From positions 372,001 through 436,000 of the forward strand of contig JBPGPT010000005.1 in assembly GCA_051047955.1 (NCBI GenBank): a stretch of 64,000 nt of DNA, written 5' to 3'. Below the pieces are notes generated by a model that was given only the letters and a program-made list of their open reading frames with translations, had not been told where the DNA came from and ran no database searches. This DNA comes from Cystobasidiomycetes sp. EMM_F5. Its lineage: Eukaryota. The position numbers and the translations under genes are program-made. This document shows, piece by piece, positions 63,793 through 64,000 of this stretch. The stretch's first letter is position 1; each line of letters opens with the position of its first letter.

Positions 63793-64000
63793 TTAATGGC
63801 TGAACAGATACGATGCTCGTCTTTGCAGCGATCTTCCCCTGGTTCCGCTTGCAGGTGACTTGCTTGCAACAGGCACTGATAGTTGTTGAAAGTTAGGGGG
63901 AGGCTGCATATCGACATGCATGGCCAACTTGTCGTCTTGACTGATCTGCCTTGTCCCGGTGAGCGTGATGTGGATTTCAGGAATATTGGACATGTCCAGC
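63793..64000 (-). CDS. Possible 3' part of a gene extending beyond the window
   Basis: Open minus-strand frame from the window end to a stop at 63793; no recognisable domain. Confidence 0.25.
   Translation of the reverse strand, partial: LDMSNIPEIHITLTGTRQISQDDKLAMHVDMQPPPNFQQLSVPVASKSPASGTRGRSLQRRASYLFSH

Overview
Compact, intron-rich fungal nuclear DNA. Introns are mostly ~50-70 nt with GTRAGT/GTRYGT donors, CTRAY branch sites and YAG acceptors. Gene style suggests a basidiomycete yeast, possibly Pucciniomycotina (inference). About 28 protein genes can be reconstructed by hand-splicing: NOP16, an EEP/ExoIII nuclease, a peroxisomal acyl-CoA dehydrogenase, a Gea/GBF1 Sec7 ARF-GEF, a KDM4/Rph1-type JmjC demethylase, two glycosyltransferases, an expansin-like DPBB protein, PET191/COA5 (absent from the ORF track), a tandem BTB pair (one probably pseudogenised), a PMU1-like phosphatase, ARP4, IBA57, a Con-6 protein, a DUF1774-like protein, an alpha/beta hydrolase, a tandem MFS pair, sphingolipid C9-methyltransferase, NAM9, a nucleoside hydrolase, a divergent RNase H, a 2xRRM protein and ATP7. 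The standout observation is a tRNA-Arg(CCT) gene (minus strand, 43197-43321). Its acceptor stem only pairs fully if a 52-nt canonical spliceosomal-type intron (GTGAGT...CTAAT...TAG) between tRNA nt 3 and nt 4 is removed, i.e. a candidate tRNA gene matured by the spliceosome. All gene models are manual and need RNA-seq confirmation.
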